From Ranitomeya imitator (lineage: Eukaryota), in contig NC_091283.1 in NCBI RefSeq assembly GCF_032444005.1, positions 435,798,001 to 435,862,000 on the forward strand: a DNA stretch of 64,000 bases, in the 5' to 3' direction. A program made the position numbers and the translations under genes. Positions 1 through 12,439 of this stretch are shown here, one piece after another. Each line of letters begins with the position of its first letter. The stretch's first letter is position 1. The notes beneath the pieces are model-generated. The model worked only from the letters and a program-made list of their open reading frames with translations. It was not told where the DNA came from and ran no database searches.

Positions 1-30
1 TACCAGATAAAGTACACCCTATACATTAAG

Positions 31-1215
31 CAGGGCCGGCTCCAGGTTTTTGAAGGCCCCGGGCAAAAGATTCTCAGTGGGCCCCCCCCTTTAATACATA
101 CCACAATTCATGGTCGCATATAAACACAGCCATGTAGTATATAACACAGCCCACGTAGTATATTGCACAGCCACGTAGCATATAACACAGCCATGTAGTA
201 TATAACAGCCCACGTAGCATATAACACAGCCACGTAGTATATAGCACAGCCCATATAGTATATAGCACAGCCACATAGCATATAACACAGCCCACATAGT
301 TTATAGAACAGCAATCTAGTATATAGCACAGCCCACGTAGCATATAACAGCCCACATAGTATATAACACGGCCCACGTAGTATATAGAACAGCCATGTAG
401 TATATAGAGACACTTGCCCCATATAGTGCTGCACAAACGTTATGGCCCCATAGATGCTCCATACAGACACTTGCCCCATATAGTGCTGCACAAACGTTAT
501 GGCCCCATACAGACACTTGCCCCATATAGTGCTGCACAAACGCTATTGCCCCATAAGATGCTCCATACAGACACTTGCTGTTGCTGCGATAAAAAAAAAA
601 ATCACATACTCACCTCTCAGGCCCCCGGGACTTTCAATATTCACCTGTCCTCGTTCCAGCCGCCGCTCCATCTTCTTCAGCGTCTTCTGCACTGACGCTC
701 AGGCAGAGGGCACGCACTAACCACGTCACCGCGCCCTCTGACCTCAGCATCACTGCGCTGCGCTCCCCTCCCCGTTATACTCACCTGCTCCTGGCACTGC
801 GCAGTCCCTGCTTCCCAGCGCCGGCAGCTTCTTCCTGAATTGAGCGGTCACCATTACCGCTCATTACAGTAATGAATATGCGGCTCCACCCTCATAGGAG
901 GTGGAGCCGCATATTCATTACTGTAATGAGCGGTACCGTGTGACCGCTCAGTACAGGAAGAAGCTGGGGAGCCGGGGACCAGCAGGGACCGCGCCAGCCG
1001 GCAGGAGTAGGTGAGTACAATTAGACAGTCCCCGGCTGCTCCCCCTCCCCTGCCGAGTCAGCTCCATGATGTGCTGCTAGCTGAGGGCCCCTGGGGCAGC
1101 GGTGGTCTTAGGCACTGGCAGCTGCCTGCCCCTAACGCCGGTCTTGAATGGGCCCCCCTGTCTCACCAGGGCCCCGGCACTTGTCCGGGTATGCCGGATG
1201 CTGACGCCAGCCCTG
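31..1215. mobile_element. Non-autonomous hAT-type DNA transposon with internal minisatellites
   Basis: TIRs CAGGGCCGGC (31-40) and GCCAGCCCTG (1206-1215). Flanking 8-mers ACATTAAG (23-30) and ACATGAAG (1216-1223) match 7/8, as expected for an 8-bp hAT TSD. No transposase ORF. Confidence 0.8.
118..570. repeat. Minisatellites inside the hAT element: ~19-21-bp CACAGCCCACGTAGTATATA units, then longer GACACTTGCCCCATATAGTGCTGCACAAACG units
   Basis: Tandem units read directly. The first type is the reverse complement of the 28.8-34.4 kb satellite unit. Confidence 0.9.
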
Positions 1216-2479
1216 ACATGAAGGCACCAAAACGAAATTTGTTAAAATAATTCAAGCGTTATTAATGCTTCAAATATATAAGAAAATTAAGAAAAAAAAA
1301 GAAGGTATCAAAATTTTTTTTGTAGCAGATACATTTACCAGGTCTCTAAATACAGATCAATGTAATCACAAACATTTCATTATTATAGGTACAAATAAAT
1401 TAAATTCTATAAATTAGTAAAGTGCATAGTGCTATGATAAATGCAAGAGTTTTGCCTCAAAAATGTCAATGTTGTAATAATAACAGAATGGTGATAGAGC
1501 ACTACAAAGAAAGTGCTATAAACGTTGCCAAGGTTCAACCTGTTTTGTATCAGTTACAGTAGATACTGACATTTACCATACCACACTAAAAAAGAGGGGT
1601 CATGATAGAGCTCTGTATATTAGTATATAAAGTACAAGTGCCTTTCCTATTACCAGAGTTCCAAATAAAAATATGACCTCATTTATCACCAAAGGCAACC
1701 CAAAATATGAATCAAGAGAGCAAACATAACCAAAGTAATTACATGTTGTTACTGTTATAGCAAGATTGACCCATGTATGCCTGGGTTACCACTCCGACGA
1801 CACTGTTTCGCATTAGCTTTTTCAAAAGGGGCATTAACCATAAAGTGCCAAGATGCTCCTTAACCCCTTTACCCCCAAGGGTGGTTTGCACGTCAATGAC
1901 CAGGCCAATTTTTACAATTCTGACCACTGTCCCTTTATGACGTTATAACTCCGAAACGCTTCAACGGATCCTGGTGATTCTGACATTGTTTTCTCGTGAC
2001 ATATTGTACTTCATGATAGTGGTAAAATTTCTTTGATAGTACCTGCATTTATTTGTGAAAAAAACGGAAATTTGGTGAAAATTTTGAAAATTTCGCAATT
2101 TTCAAACTTTGAATTTTTATGCAATTAAATCACAGAGATATGTCACACAAAATACTTAATAAGTAACATTTCCCACATGTCTCCTTTACATCAGCATAAT
2201 TTTGGAACCAAATTTTTTTTTTGTTAGGGAGTTATAAGGGTTAAAAGTTGACCAGCAATTTCTCATTTTTACAACACCATTTTTTTTTAGGGACCACGTC
2301 TCATTTGAAGTCATTTTGAGGGGTCTATATGATAGAAAATGCCCAAGTGTGACACCATTCTAAAAACTGCACCCCTCAAGGTGCTCAAAACCACATTCAA
2401 GAAGTTTATTAACCCTTCAGGTGTTTAATAGGAATTTTTGGAATGTTTAAATAAAAATGAACATTTAACTTTTTTACAC

Positions 2480-4300
2480 AAAAAATTTACTTCAGCTCCA
2501 ATTTGTTTTATTTTACCAAGGGTAACAGGAGAAAATGGACCCCAAAAGTTGTTGTCCAATTTGTCCTGAGTACGCTGAAACCCCATATGTGGCAGTAAAC
2601 CACTGTTTGGGCGCATGGGAGAGCTCGGAAGGGAAGGAGCACCGTTTGACTTTTCAATGCAAAATTGACAGGAATTGAGATGGGACGCCATGTTGCGTTT
2701 GGAGAGCCACTGATGTGCCTAAACATTGAAACCCCCCACAAGTGACACCATTTTGGAAAGTAGACCCCCTAAGGAACTTATCTGGATGTGTGGTGAGCAC
2801 TTTGACCCACCAAGTGCTTCACAGAAGTTTATAATGCAGAACCGTAAAAAGTAAAAATAAAAAAATCATATTTTTTCACAAAAATTATATTTTTGCCCCC
2901 AATTTTTTATTTTTCCAAGGGTAAGAGAAGAAATTGGACCTCAAAACTTGTTGTCCAATTTGTCCTGAGTACGCTGATACCCCATATATGGCAGTAAACC
3001 ACTGTTTGGGCGCATGGGAGAGCTCGGAAGGGAAGGAGCGCCGTTTGACTTTTCAATGCAAAATTGACAGGAATTGAGATGGGACGCCATGTTGCGTTTG
3101 GAGAGCCACTGATGTGCCTAAACATTGAAACCCCCCACAAGTGACACCATTTTGGAAAGTAGACCCCCTAAGGAACTTATCTGGATGTGTGGTGAGCACT
3201 TTGACCCACCAAGGGCTTCACAGAAGTTTATAATGCAGAGCCATAAAAATAAAACAAAATTTTTTTCCCACAAAAATTATTTTTTAGCCCCCAGTTTTGT
3301 ATTTTCCCTAGGGTAACAGGAGAAATTGGACCCCAAAAGTTGTTGTCCAATTTGTCCTGAGTACGCTGATACCCCATATGTGAGGGGGAACCACCGTTTG
3401 GGCGCATGGGAGGTCTCGGAAGGGAAGGAGCGCCATTTGGAATGCAGACTTAGATGGAATGGTCTGCAGGCGTCACATTGCGTTTGCAGAGCCCCTAATG
3501 TACCTAAACAGTAGAAACCCCCCACAATTGACACCATTTTGGAAAGTAGACCCCCTAAGGATCTCATCTTGATGTGTTGTGAGAGCTTTGAACCCCCAAG
3601 TATTTCACTACAGTTTATAACGCAGAGCCGTGCAAATAAAAAATATTTTTTTTTCCACAAAAATTATATTTTAGCCCCCAGTTTTGTATTTTTCCAAGGT
3701 TAGCAGGAGAAATTGGACCCTAAATGTTGTTGTCCAATTTGTCCTGAGTACGCTGATACCTGATATGTGGGGGGGAACCACCGTTTGGGCGCATGGGAGG
3801 GCTCGGAAGGGAAGGAGCATCATTTGGAATGCAGACTTAGATGGATTGGTCTGCAGGCGTCACATTGCGTTTGCAGAGCCCCTAATGTACCTAAACAGTA
3901 GAAACCCCCCACAAGTGACCCCATATTGGAAGCTAGACCCCTCAATGAACTTATCTAGATGTGTTGTGAGAACTTTGAACCCCCAAGTGTTTCACTACAG
4001 TTTATAACGCAGAGCCGTGAAAATAAAAAATCTTTTTGTTTTCCCACAAAAATTATATTTAGCCCCCAGTTTTGTATTTTCCCAAGGGTAACAGGAGAAA
4101 TTGGTCCACAAAAGTTGTTGTCCAATTTGTCCTGAGTACGCTGATACCCCATATGTGAGGGTAAACCCCTGTTTGGGCACACGGGAGAGCTCGGAAGGGA
4201 AGGAGCACTGTTTTACTTTTTCAACGCAGAATTGGCTGGAATTGAGATCGGACGTGTTTGGAGAGCCCCTGATGTGCCGAAACAGTGGAAACCCCCCAAT
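2480..4300 (+). repeat. ~390-bp tandem subrepeats (about 5 units) inside piggyBac-like copy 1
   Basis: The motif GTAACAGGAGAAATTGGACCCC...GTCCTGAGTACGCTGATACCCCATATGTG recurs near 2521, 2921, 3313, 3700 and 4088. Confidence 0.9.
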
Positions 4301-4317
4301 TATAACTGAAACTCTAA

Positions 4318-4455
4318 TCTAAACACACCCCTAACCCTAATTCCAACGGTAACCCTAACCACACCTCTAACCCTGACACACCCCTAACCCTAATCCCAAC
4401 CCTATTCCCAACTGTAAATGTAATCTAAACCCTAACCCTAACTTTAGCCCCAACC
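4318..4455 (+). repeat. Degenerate telomere-like (CCCTAA)n tract running into the gap
   Basis: CCCTAACCCTAA variants read directly; N-run follows. Confidence 0.85.
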
Positions 4456-4691
4456 NNNNNNNNNNNNNNNNNNNNNNNNNNNNNNNNNNNNNNNNNNNNN
4501 NNNNNNNNNNNNNNNNNNNNNNNNNNNNNNNNNNNNNNNNNNNNNNNNNNNNNNNNNNNNNNNNNNNNNNNNNNNNNNNNNNNNNNNNNNNNNNNNNNNN
4601 NNNNNNNNNNNNNNNNNNNNNNNNNNNNNNNNNNNNNNNNNNNNNNNNNNNNNNNNNNNNNNNNNNNNNNNNNNNNNNNNNNNNNNNNNNN
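4456..4691. other. Assembly gap (N run)
   Basis: Run of n characters. Confidence 1.
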
Positions 4692-7600
4692 AAAATGGAA
4701 ATAAATACTTTTTTTTATTTTTCCCTAACTAAGGGGGTGATGAAGGGGGGTTTGATTTACTTTTATAATGAGTTTTTTAGCGGATTTTTATGATTGGCAG
4801 CTGTCACACACTGAAAGACGCTTTTTATTGCAAAAAATATTTTTTGCAATACCACATTTTGAGAGCTATAATTTTTCCATATTTTGGTCCACAGAGTCAT
4901 GTGAGGTCTTGTTTTTTGCGGGACGAGTTGACGTTTTTACTGAAAACATTTTCGGGCACGTGACATTTTTTGATCGCTTTTTATTCCGATTTTTGTGAGG
5001 AAGAATGACCAAAAACCAGCTATTCATGAATTTCTATTGGGGGAGGCGTTTATACCGTTCCGCGTTTGGTAAAATTGATAAATCAATTTTATTCTTTGGG
5101 TCAGTACGATTACAGCGATACTTCATTTATATCATTTTTTTATGGTTTGGCGCTTTTATACGATAAAAACTATTTTACAGAAAAAATAATTATTTTTGCA
5201 TCGCTTTATTCTCAGGACTATAACTTTTTTATTTTTTTGCTGATGATGCTGTATGGCGGCTCGTTTTTTGCGGGACAATATGACGCTTTCATATTCATGG
5301 TTATTTATATCTGTCCTTTTGATCGCGTGTTATTCCACTTTTTGTTCGGCGGTATGATAATAAAGCGTTGTTTTTTGCCTCGTTTTTTTTTTTTTTTCTT
5401 ACGGTGTTTACTGAAGGGGTAACTAGTGGGACAGTTTTATAGGTCGGGTCGTTACGGACGCGGCGATACTAAATATGTGTACTTTTATTGGTTTTTTTTT
5501 ATTTAGATGAAGAAATGTATTTATGGGAATAATATTTTTTTTTTTTCATTATTTTGGAATATTTTTTTTAATTTTTTTTTACACATTTGGAAATTTTTTT
5601 TTTAACTTTTTTACTTTGTCCCAGGGGGGGACATCACAGATCAGTGATTTGACAGTTTGCACAGCACTCTGTCAGATCACTGATCTGACATGCAGCGCTG
5701 CAGCCTTCACAGTGCCTGCTCTGAGCAGGCTCTGTGAAGCCACCTCCCTCCCTGCAGGACCCGGATCAGCGGCCATCTTGGATCCGGGGCTGGAGGGAGC
5801 AGGGAGGGAGGTGAGACCCTCGCAGCAACGCGATCACATCGTGTTGCTCCGGGGGTCTCAGGGAAGCCCGCAGGGAGCCCCCTCCCTGCGCGGTGCTTCC
5901 CTGCACCGCCGGCACATCGCGATCATGTTTGATCGCGGTGTGCCAGGGGTTAATGTGCCGGGGGCTGTCCGTGACCGCTCATGGCACATAGTGCCGGATG
6001 TCAGCTGCGATAAGCAGCTGACACCCGGCCGCGATCGGCCGCGCTCCCCCCGTGAGCGCGGCCGATCGGCTATGACGTACTATCCCAACCAGGGTCAGAT
6101 AAGCCCAGGGCACCTCGACGGGATAGTACGTCTAAGGTCACAGAGGGGTTAAATACCCATTCCACAAACGTGATTGGATGAGCCATCAGGAAGTCTATGT
6201 GTATCGGCACATGTAGCGTTTACATTCCCTCCTCCATTCAAAAGTGACTTTCGTTCACCTCGTTGGACACACAAGCTTGGAATACATAGTGCTCACGGTG
6301 AGCTGTGGCCCAAAGGGGAAAGGTCTATAAGGGATAATGTGAATAAAGTCTATTGTTCGTGACGCAACCTGTGGTTCTCGATCAGTAGGGACCGACGCCG
6401 CTTAAAAGGGTCCTCTGGGGTGATGGTGGGGCGGCTAGATGTTGACGCCTCCCAGAGGTGAAGCGGGGTCTCCAGGGCTTCCCAAGGGTATGGCACCGAT
6501 GATGTGGTGGATGATATAGTAAATAACAAGGACACAGGTTTGCAGTCTTTACCTGGTTTACTGATGAAAGCAGTCCTCAGTCCAGAGTACCAAGTGCAGG
6601 GAAGCTGTGGTCTGGCCGGCTTGGAGGCAATAGGAGATCCCTCTCCCAGGTGAGGTCCTTAAGCCTTTCCTACTTGTGCTAAGATGGCGAGGTCCCTGCG
6701 GCTTGAAGCTTAGTTGCAAAGTCCCCTCTCTCCTGTCCTAAGACAGATATCTGTACGATAGGCAGTGAAAGCCTGTTTATAGGATCTCTATCATGACACA
6801 GGCTCTCAAGTTACTGCTTCCCCTCAGACTTGGTGCAGGTAATTGACATACAATCCTATGCCCTCTGGTGCATCCAGGAGAACAACATGACCTCGGGCTC
6901 CCGGGACCCAGCTTCTGTGCTCTAGCTCCTAGGGTGTCCTTCCGCCGTTCACCTGCTGAGCCTCTTCCTCCTTTGTGCTTCTTCCCTCTAAGCTCCTCCA
7001 CTATTCAAGTCCTTCAAGTTATCACTCTTTCCAGGGATCGCAGCTCCCACATGGGTGCTCGACCCCTCTGTCTGTTTCAGACGTCCTTCTCATCTCCTCA
7101 CTTCTCTACAACTGTCTGACTCCTCCTCCAGACCAGGATACATAAATTCTAAGGAAGCACCCCTGAATATGAGTCCTGAGCTCCCCCTCCAGGCCTAGAT
7201 TCAGATGTGTTGAATGTGAGTGTCCTGATAGACAGAATCTCCCTTGCCTCCAAGCGTGACATCACCCTCCCCGAAAGGAAGGCAACATCACTGCAACAAC
7301 CGGTTACCTGGGATGTTGCACCCCCCCACCCGGTGACTCCAGTACTTCCGGACTGGGAAAAGGAACCATAAACAACAGTTTACAATATGCAAAATAAAAC
7401 ATTTTTGGAATGCTTAAGAACAGGTGTAACAAATTAACATAAACTTTGACTTCCCTTTATGGGAGGAATTAATATTTGAACGTTGCAAACATATTTAAAC
7501 CAATATACTAACTTTCAAAAATATATAACCGTACTATCACAGACTATGCAATTACCCTCTAAGGGTAGACTATCTTCACAATTAGAGTGCTCAACTTTTC

Positions 7601-8152
7601 TCATAACCGTCGACTACCTTTACAGGTATACTACATCAAATTTACTTAGTTCAAAAGTGCAAAGTTTAATCTACAAAACTCTCTAGCATATCAAAATTAA
7701 TTCTAACTTTCTAACTTTACTCAGTACTGAGGTAGTGCAATTGTTTCATCCAAACTAATATTCAAGTCCAACAATAACATTCTTGAACAGCAGCAACGAT
7801 GCGAGGGACCCGTTATCAACCCCCAAAGTAGGCTCAATGTGTTCTGCCGCGCCAATGGGTTTTTCTTCAGGTCCCTATGTAGGCAATCAACCGTTAAAGG
7901 CCACTTTGGAACAGTCTCTTTAAAGATTCCACGTAAAACCAGTAGAAAGCACCTAAGGAGGTGCCAACTATTTACAATACAGTTTTTGGAACATCCATTG
8001 ACCATGATCTCACTGTCTCTTTAAATTTTTGAAACTTCAAGGAACAGTGATTTCAACTTTCAAAAACAATCATTTGAACTTCCAAATGGAAACCTGGCCA
8101 GGTTAAACAAAACTTTTGAACTTTCATAACAGTCCACAGTCACATTATTTAT

Positions 8153-9273
8153 TCAGATTGAAGGCTTCTTCTTCCAAGGTAGTACCTGTGCATTTGGACG
8201 TATGCCAGGTACCACATAAAGTTCATCAATACTCAAAATGGGAGTTTGAGTGCTCCTTGAATTTTGTTCAAGTTCGGGTGCTCTGCTTGGGGCAGGTGTA
8301 GATGTCACCTTGCCAGGTGAGGGTGCTGTTGAACGAAGTGGGGCTGTTTGTGGTGGCTCAGGGTCATGTGCTGGTGACCTAGTTACTTTTGTAGCACATT
8401 TATGCACATGCAGGGCATACCACCCTTTTTCTCCCCAGTGTCTGGTGTAGGTGATGCGGTCACCGGGGTATGGGTCCCTGTCCGGGTGTCCCTCTTGTAG
8501 GTGGGGTTCCACATCATGCCTGGTGACGAAGATCTTCTGCTGCACGCATTGTTCTGTAATGCATCCCCAGCCGGTGTTAATGCAGAAGGCTACCACAGTC
8601 CCAATCCTCCATGGACCCCTTTCCTCATGGATTGCTCTCCTATTCTGCACTTTAGCCTGCAGGTTTTTTTCTTTTGCAGCTCTGCGCTGGAGTTCCTGCT
8701 CCTTGTCCTCCTGCTCCTGCTTGCTTGCCTGCTCCTGGCAGTACTTTCTCTGGCTGACAATTTCTAGGTATTCTCCCTCAGCCTGGCTCTCCCCGGGAAC
8801 CCAATCAGGTCAGTGCCGGAGTGCTTCTACTGGAAGGTCAACCATTCCCCGTGCACGTCTGGGGCCTCACTCGTTGGCTGTAGCGGGGCTTCAGTGGTTT
8901 GTAATGTCTCCCAGGACCATTCTCACTTGAGGAGGCTGCACACCCGGCTGGGTGGTAGGGGTGGTGGAGCGTCTACGGGCCCTAGCAGGGTGTCCTCGGC
9001 TACCGGGGCACGGTCGGTGTTATTACCTGCCACTGCGGCGTCTCCGGTGCCGGGCTCCTCCCCTGCAGGCTGGGATTCCAGAAGCTGGCTGAGCTGCTGC
9101 TTCCAGGCGTTTGTGGCTGTGCGGAACCAGGACCTCCGGAGCTGACGGCACAGCTCCTCCACTTCTGCATGGAGGACCTCTGGGTTCATTGGTGACAGCC
9201 AGTCTCCTTCCTCCGATTGGCTGCGACAGCTGTGGGCTTTCTCCCCCTCCTCCGGGTGACCTTCGCTTGCCAT
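8153..9273 (-). pseudogene. Disrupted ~370-aa ORF of the LTR element: N-terminal helical segment, charged coiled-coil, cold-shock (Y-box-like OB-fold) domain, Pro/Thr-rich tail
   Basis: ATG at 9273 (MASEGHPEEG...), in-frame TGA at 8925-8923 and a frameshift near 8830-8800. It then reads ...QEQEDKEQELQRRAAKEKNLQAKVQNRR...IGTVVAFCINTGWGCITEQCVQQKIFVTRHDV...PGDRITYTRHWGEKGWYALHV. This aligns with YBX1 LGTVKWFNVRNGYGFI..DVFVH..GEKGAEAANV with a single 1-aa gap. Confidence 0.7.
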
Positions 9274-9935
9274 CTTGCCAACCAGGTTATCTTCCGCGTC
9301 TTCCTGTTGGTTCTGCTCCTCCTCCTTTCGTGGGCGGTTTCTTCTCATCTTTCTCCCGCCATCCCAGACTAGAAGGCAGATCCCTTTCGTTGATGGGCAT
9401 ATCGCTCGAACATAATAGTACCTGTGAGGCGCGGCCATTATTTCCACGCCATTGTTCCAAGCTCTGCCCACGATAACACGCCCCACTCCTCCAACACGCC
9501 ACATGGTGCTGTAATGGCGGCGGTTTTGGCGGTATTTCAAAGTTAACAGTCTCTCAGCACAAAACAGTCTCTTAGGCGCACATGACCCATTTCAATGGTT
9601 CGGTCCATCCTGTTCGTGATGCCAAAATGGGTCGCCCGCCAAGGCCTTGGGGCACTCGGTACTGGGTTCGGTCTTAAAGGTGATGTTACGGTGGCTGCAA
9701 CCCGGTCCGTGGCCCTGGGCACCCAATTAAAGGGGAAAGGTCTTTAAGGGATATTGTGAATAAAGTCTATTGTTCGTGACTCCACCTGTAGTTCTTGGTC
9801 AGTAGGGATCGACGCTGCTTAAAGGGGTCCTCTGGGGTGATGGGAGGGCGGCTAGATGGTGACGCTTCCCTCAGGTGAAGCGGGGTCCCCAGAGCTTCCT
9901 ACGTGTATGGCACCGATGATGTGGTGGATAATATA

Positions 9936-11226
9936 CAGTACAGACCAAAAGTTTGGACACACCTCTCATTTAAAGATTTTTCTGTATTTTCATGACTATG
10001 AAAATTGTACATTCACACTGAAGGCATCAAAATTATGAATTAACACATGTGGAATTATATAAAGTGGGAAACAACTGAAATTATGTCTTATATTCTAGGG
10101 TCTTCAAAGTAGCCACCTTTTGCTTTGATGACTGCTTTGAACACTCTTGGCATTCTCTTGATGAGCTTCAAGAGGTAGTCACCGGGAATGGTTTTCACTT
10201 CACCGGTGTCCCCTGTCAGGTTTAATAAGTGGGATTTCTTGCCTTCTAAATGGTGTTGGGACCATCAGTTGTGTTGAGCAGAAGTCTGGTGGATACACAA
10301 CTGATAGTCCTACTGAATAGACTGCTAGAATTTGTATTATGGCAAGAAAAAAGCAGCTAAGTAAAGAAAAACGAGTGGCCATCATTACTTTAAGAAATGA
10401 AGGTCAGTCAGTCCGAAAAATTGGGAAAACTTTGAACGTGTCCCCAAGTGCAGTGGCAAAAACCATCAAGCACTACAAAGAAACTGGCTCACATGAGGGC
10501 CACCCAGGAAAGGAAGACCAAGAGTCACCTCTGCTTCTGAGGATAAGTTTATCCGAGTCACCAGCCTCAGAAATTGCAGGTTAACAGCAGCTCAGATTAG
10601 AGACCAGGTCAATGCCACACAGAGTTCTAGTAGCAGACACATCTCTACAACTGTTAAGAGGAGACTTTGTGCAGCAGGCCTTCATGGTAAAATAGCTGCA
10701 ACAGGCAGAAGAGACTTGTTTGGGCTAAAGAACACAAGGAATGGACATTAGACCAGTGGAATTTGTGCTTTGGTCTGATGAGTCCAAATTTGAGATCTTT
10801 GGTTCCATCCACCGTGTCTTTGTGCGATGCAGAAAAGGTGAACGGATGGACTCTACATACCTGGTTCCCACCGTGAAGCATGGAGGAGGAGGTGTGATTG
10901 TGTGGGGGTGCTTTGCTGGTGATACTTTTGGGGATTTATTCAAAATTGAAGGCATACTGAACCAGCATGGCTACCACAGCATCTTACAGCAGCATGCTAT
11001 TCCATCCGGTTTGTGTGTAGTTTGACCATCATTTATTTTTCAACAGGACATGGACCTCAAATACACCTCCAGGCTGTGTAAGGGCTATTTGACCAAGAAG
11101 GAGAGTGATGGGGTGCTACGCCAGATGAGCTGGCCTCCACAGTCACCAGACCTGAACCCAATCGAGATGGTTTGGGGTGAGCTGGACCACAGAGTGAAGG
11201 CAAAAGGGCCAACAAGAGCTAAGCAT
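9936..11226 (+). mobile_element. Tc1/mariner transposon, 3'-truncated, degenerate transposase
   Basis: TA|CAGTACAGACCAAAAGTTTGGACAC left end. Transposase fragments MARKKQLSKEKRVAIITLRNEG (10339), [33 protein letters not shown]. The right TIR is absent and the sequence joins LTR sequence at 11227. Confidence 0.92.
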
Positions 11227-12439
11227 CCCAGCTTCTGCGCTCTAGCTCCCAGGGCGTCTTTCCGCCATTCACCTGCTGAGGCTCTTCCTCCTCTATGTTT
11301 CTTCCCAGGGGTTGCAGCTCCCACGTGGCTGCTCGGCCTCTCTGTCTGTTTCAGACATCATTTTCCTCTCCTCACTCCTCTACAACTGGCTGACTCCTCC
11401 TCCAGACCAGGATACATAAAGTCTAAGTAAGCTTCCCTGAATCTGGGTCAGGAGCTCCCCCTCCTGGCCTAGATTCAGATGTGTTGTGTTGTGAATTCTG
11501 TGGCCAAGCTCCCTCCTGTGGTCGAGAGTGGTACTTCGGCTGGTTCTGTCTATGAGCTTCCTTTGGTGGATGAGAGTGGTACTGCGGCTTCTGAGTTTCC
11601 TTCCTCAGGTGATGAGGTTAAGTCGTTAGGTGCTGCTCTATTTAACTCCACCTGGTGCTTTGATCCTGGCCTCCAGTCAATGTTCTAGTATTTGTCTTGC
11701 TTCCTCCTGGATCGTTTCTGTGGCCTGTCTATCCTGCATAAGCTAAGTTTTGCTTGTGTTATTTTTGTTTGCTATTTTTTCTGTCCAGCTTGCTATGTTG
11801 GTTTTTCTTGCTTGCTGGAAGCTCTGAGACGCAGAGGGAGCACCTCCGTACCGTTAGTCAGTGCGGAGGGTCTTTTTGCCCCTCTGCGTGGTTGTTTGTA
11901 GGTTTTTGTGTTGACCGCAAAGCTATCTTTCCTATCCTCGGTCTATTCAGTAAGTCGGGCCTCACTTTGCTAAATCTATTTCATCTCTGTGTTTGTATTT
12001 TCATCTTACTCACAGTCATTATATGTGGGGGGCTGCCTTTTCCTTTGGGGAATTTCTCTGAGGCAAGGTAGGCTTATTTTTCTATCTTCAGGGCTAGTTA
12101 GTTTCTCAGGCTGTGCCGAGTTGCATAGGGAGCGTTAGGCACAATCCACGGCTACCTCTAGTGTGGTGTGTTAGGATTAGGGATTGCGGTCAGCAGAGTT
12201 CCCACGTCTCAGAGCTCGTCCTTTGTTTTTGGTAATTGTCAGGTCACTTTGTGTGCTCTGAACTTCAATGTCCATTGTGATTCTGAATTACCTGTTCATA
12301 ACAGTACTGGAGGCCCAAAGTACTAATGCTTCTCAATAGAGGGAAAAGAGAAGTTCTGAGACCATTTTTTTTTCTTTGCACTGTGTTCTGTCTTTCTTTT
12401 CCCCTTTACATCAGGGTGGTTCAGAACACAGGTGTGGAC

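Larger units (their letters stand above)
1864..6148 (+). mobile_element. Large non-autonomous piggyBac-like element, copy 1 (contains an assembly gap)
   Basis: TTAA|CCCCTTT start (TTAA 1860-1863) and AGGGG|TTAA end (TTAA 6149-6152). Colinear with copies at 56053-60882 and 47203-54284. Five ~390-bp subrepeats, CCCTAA-like tract, no transposase. Confidence 0.8.

Noticed and set aside
5523-6152. 209-aa ORF, and similar ORFs at 47225-47683 and 60359-60868
   Set aside because: GC-rich subterminal sequence of the non-autonomous piggyBac-like element; no transposase motifs, and the frame is not conserved between copies.
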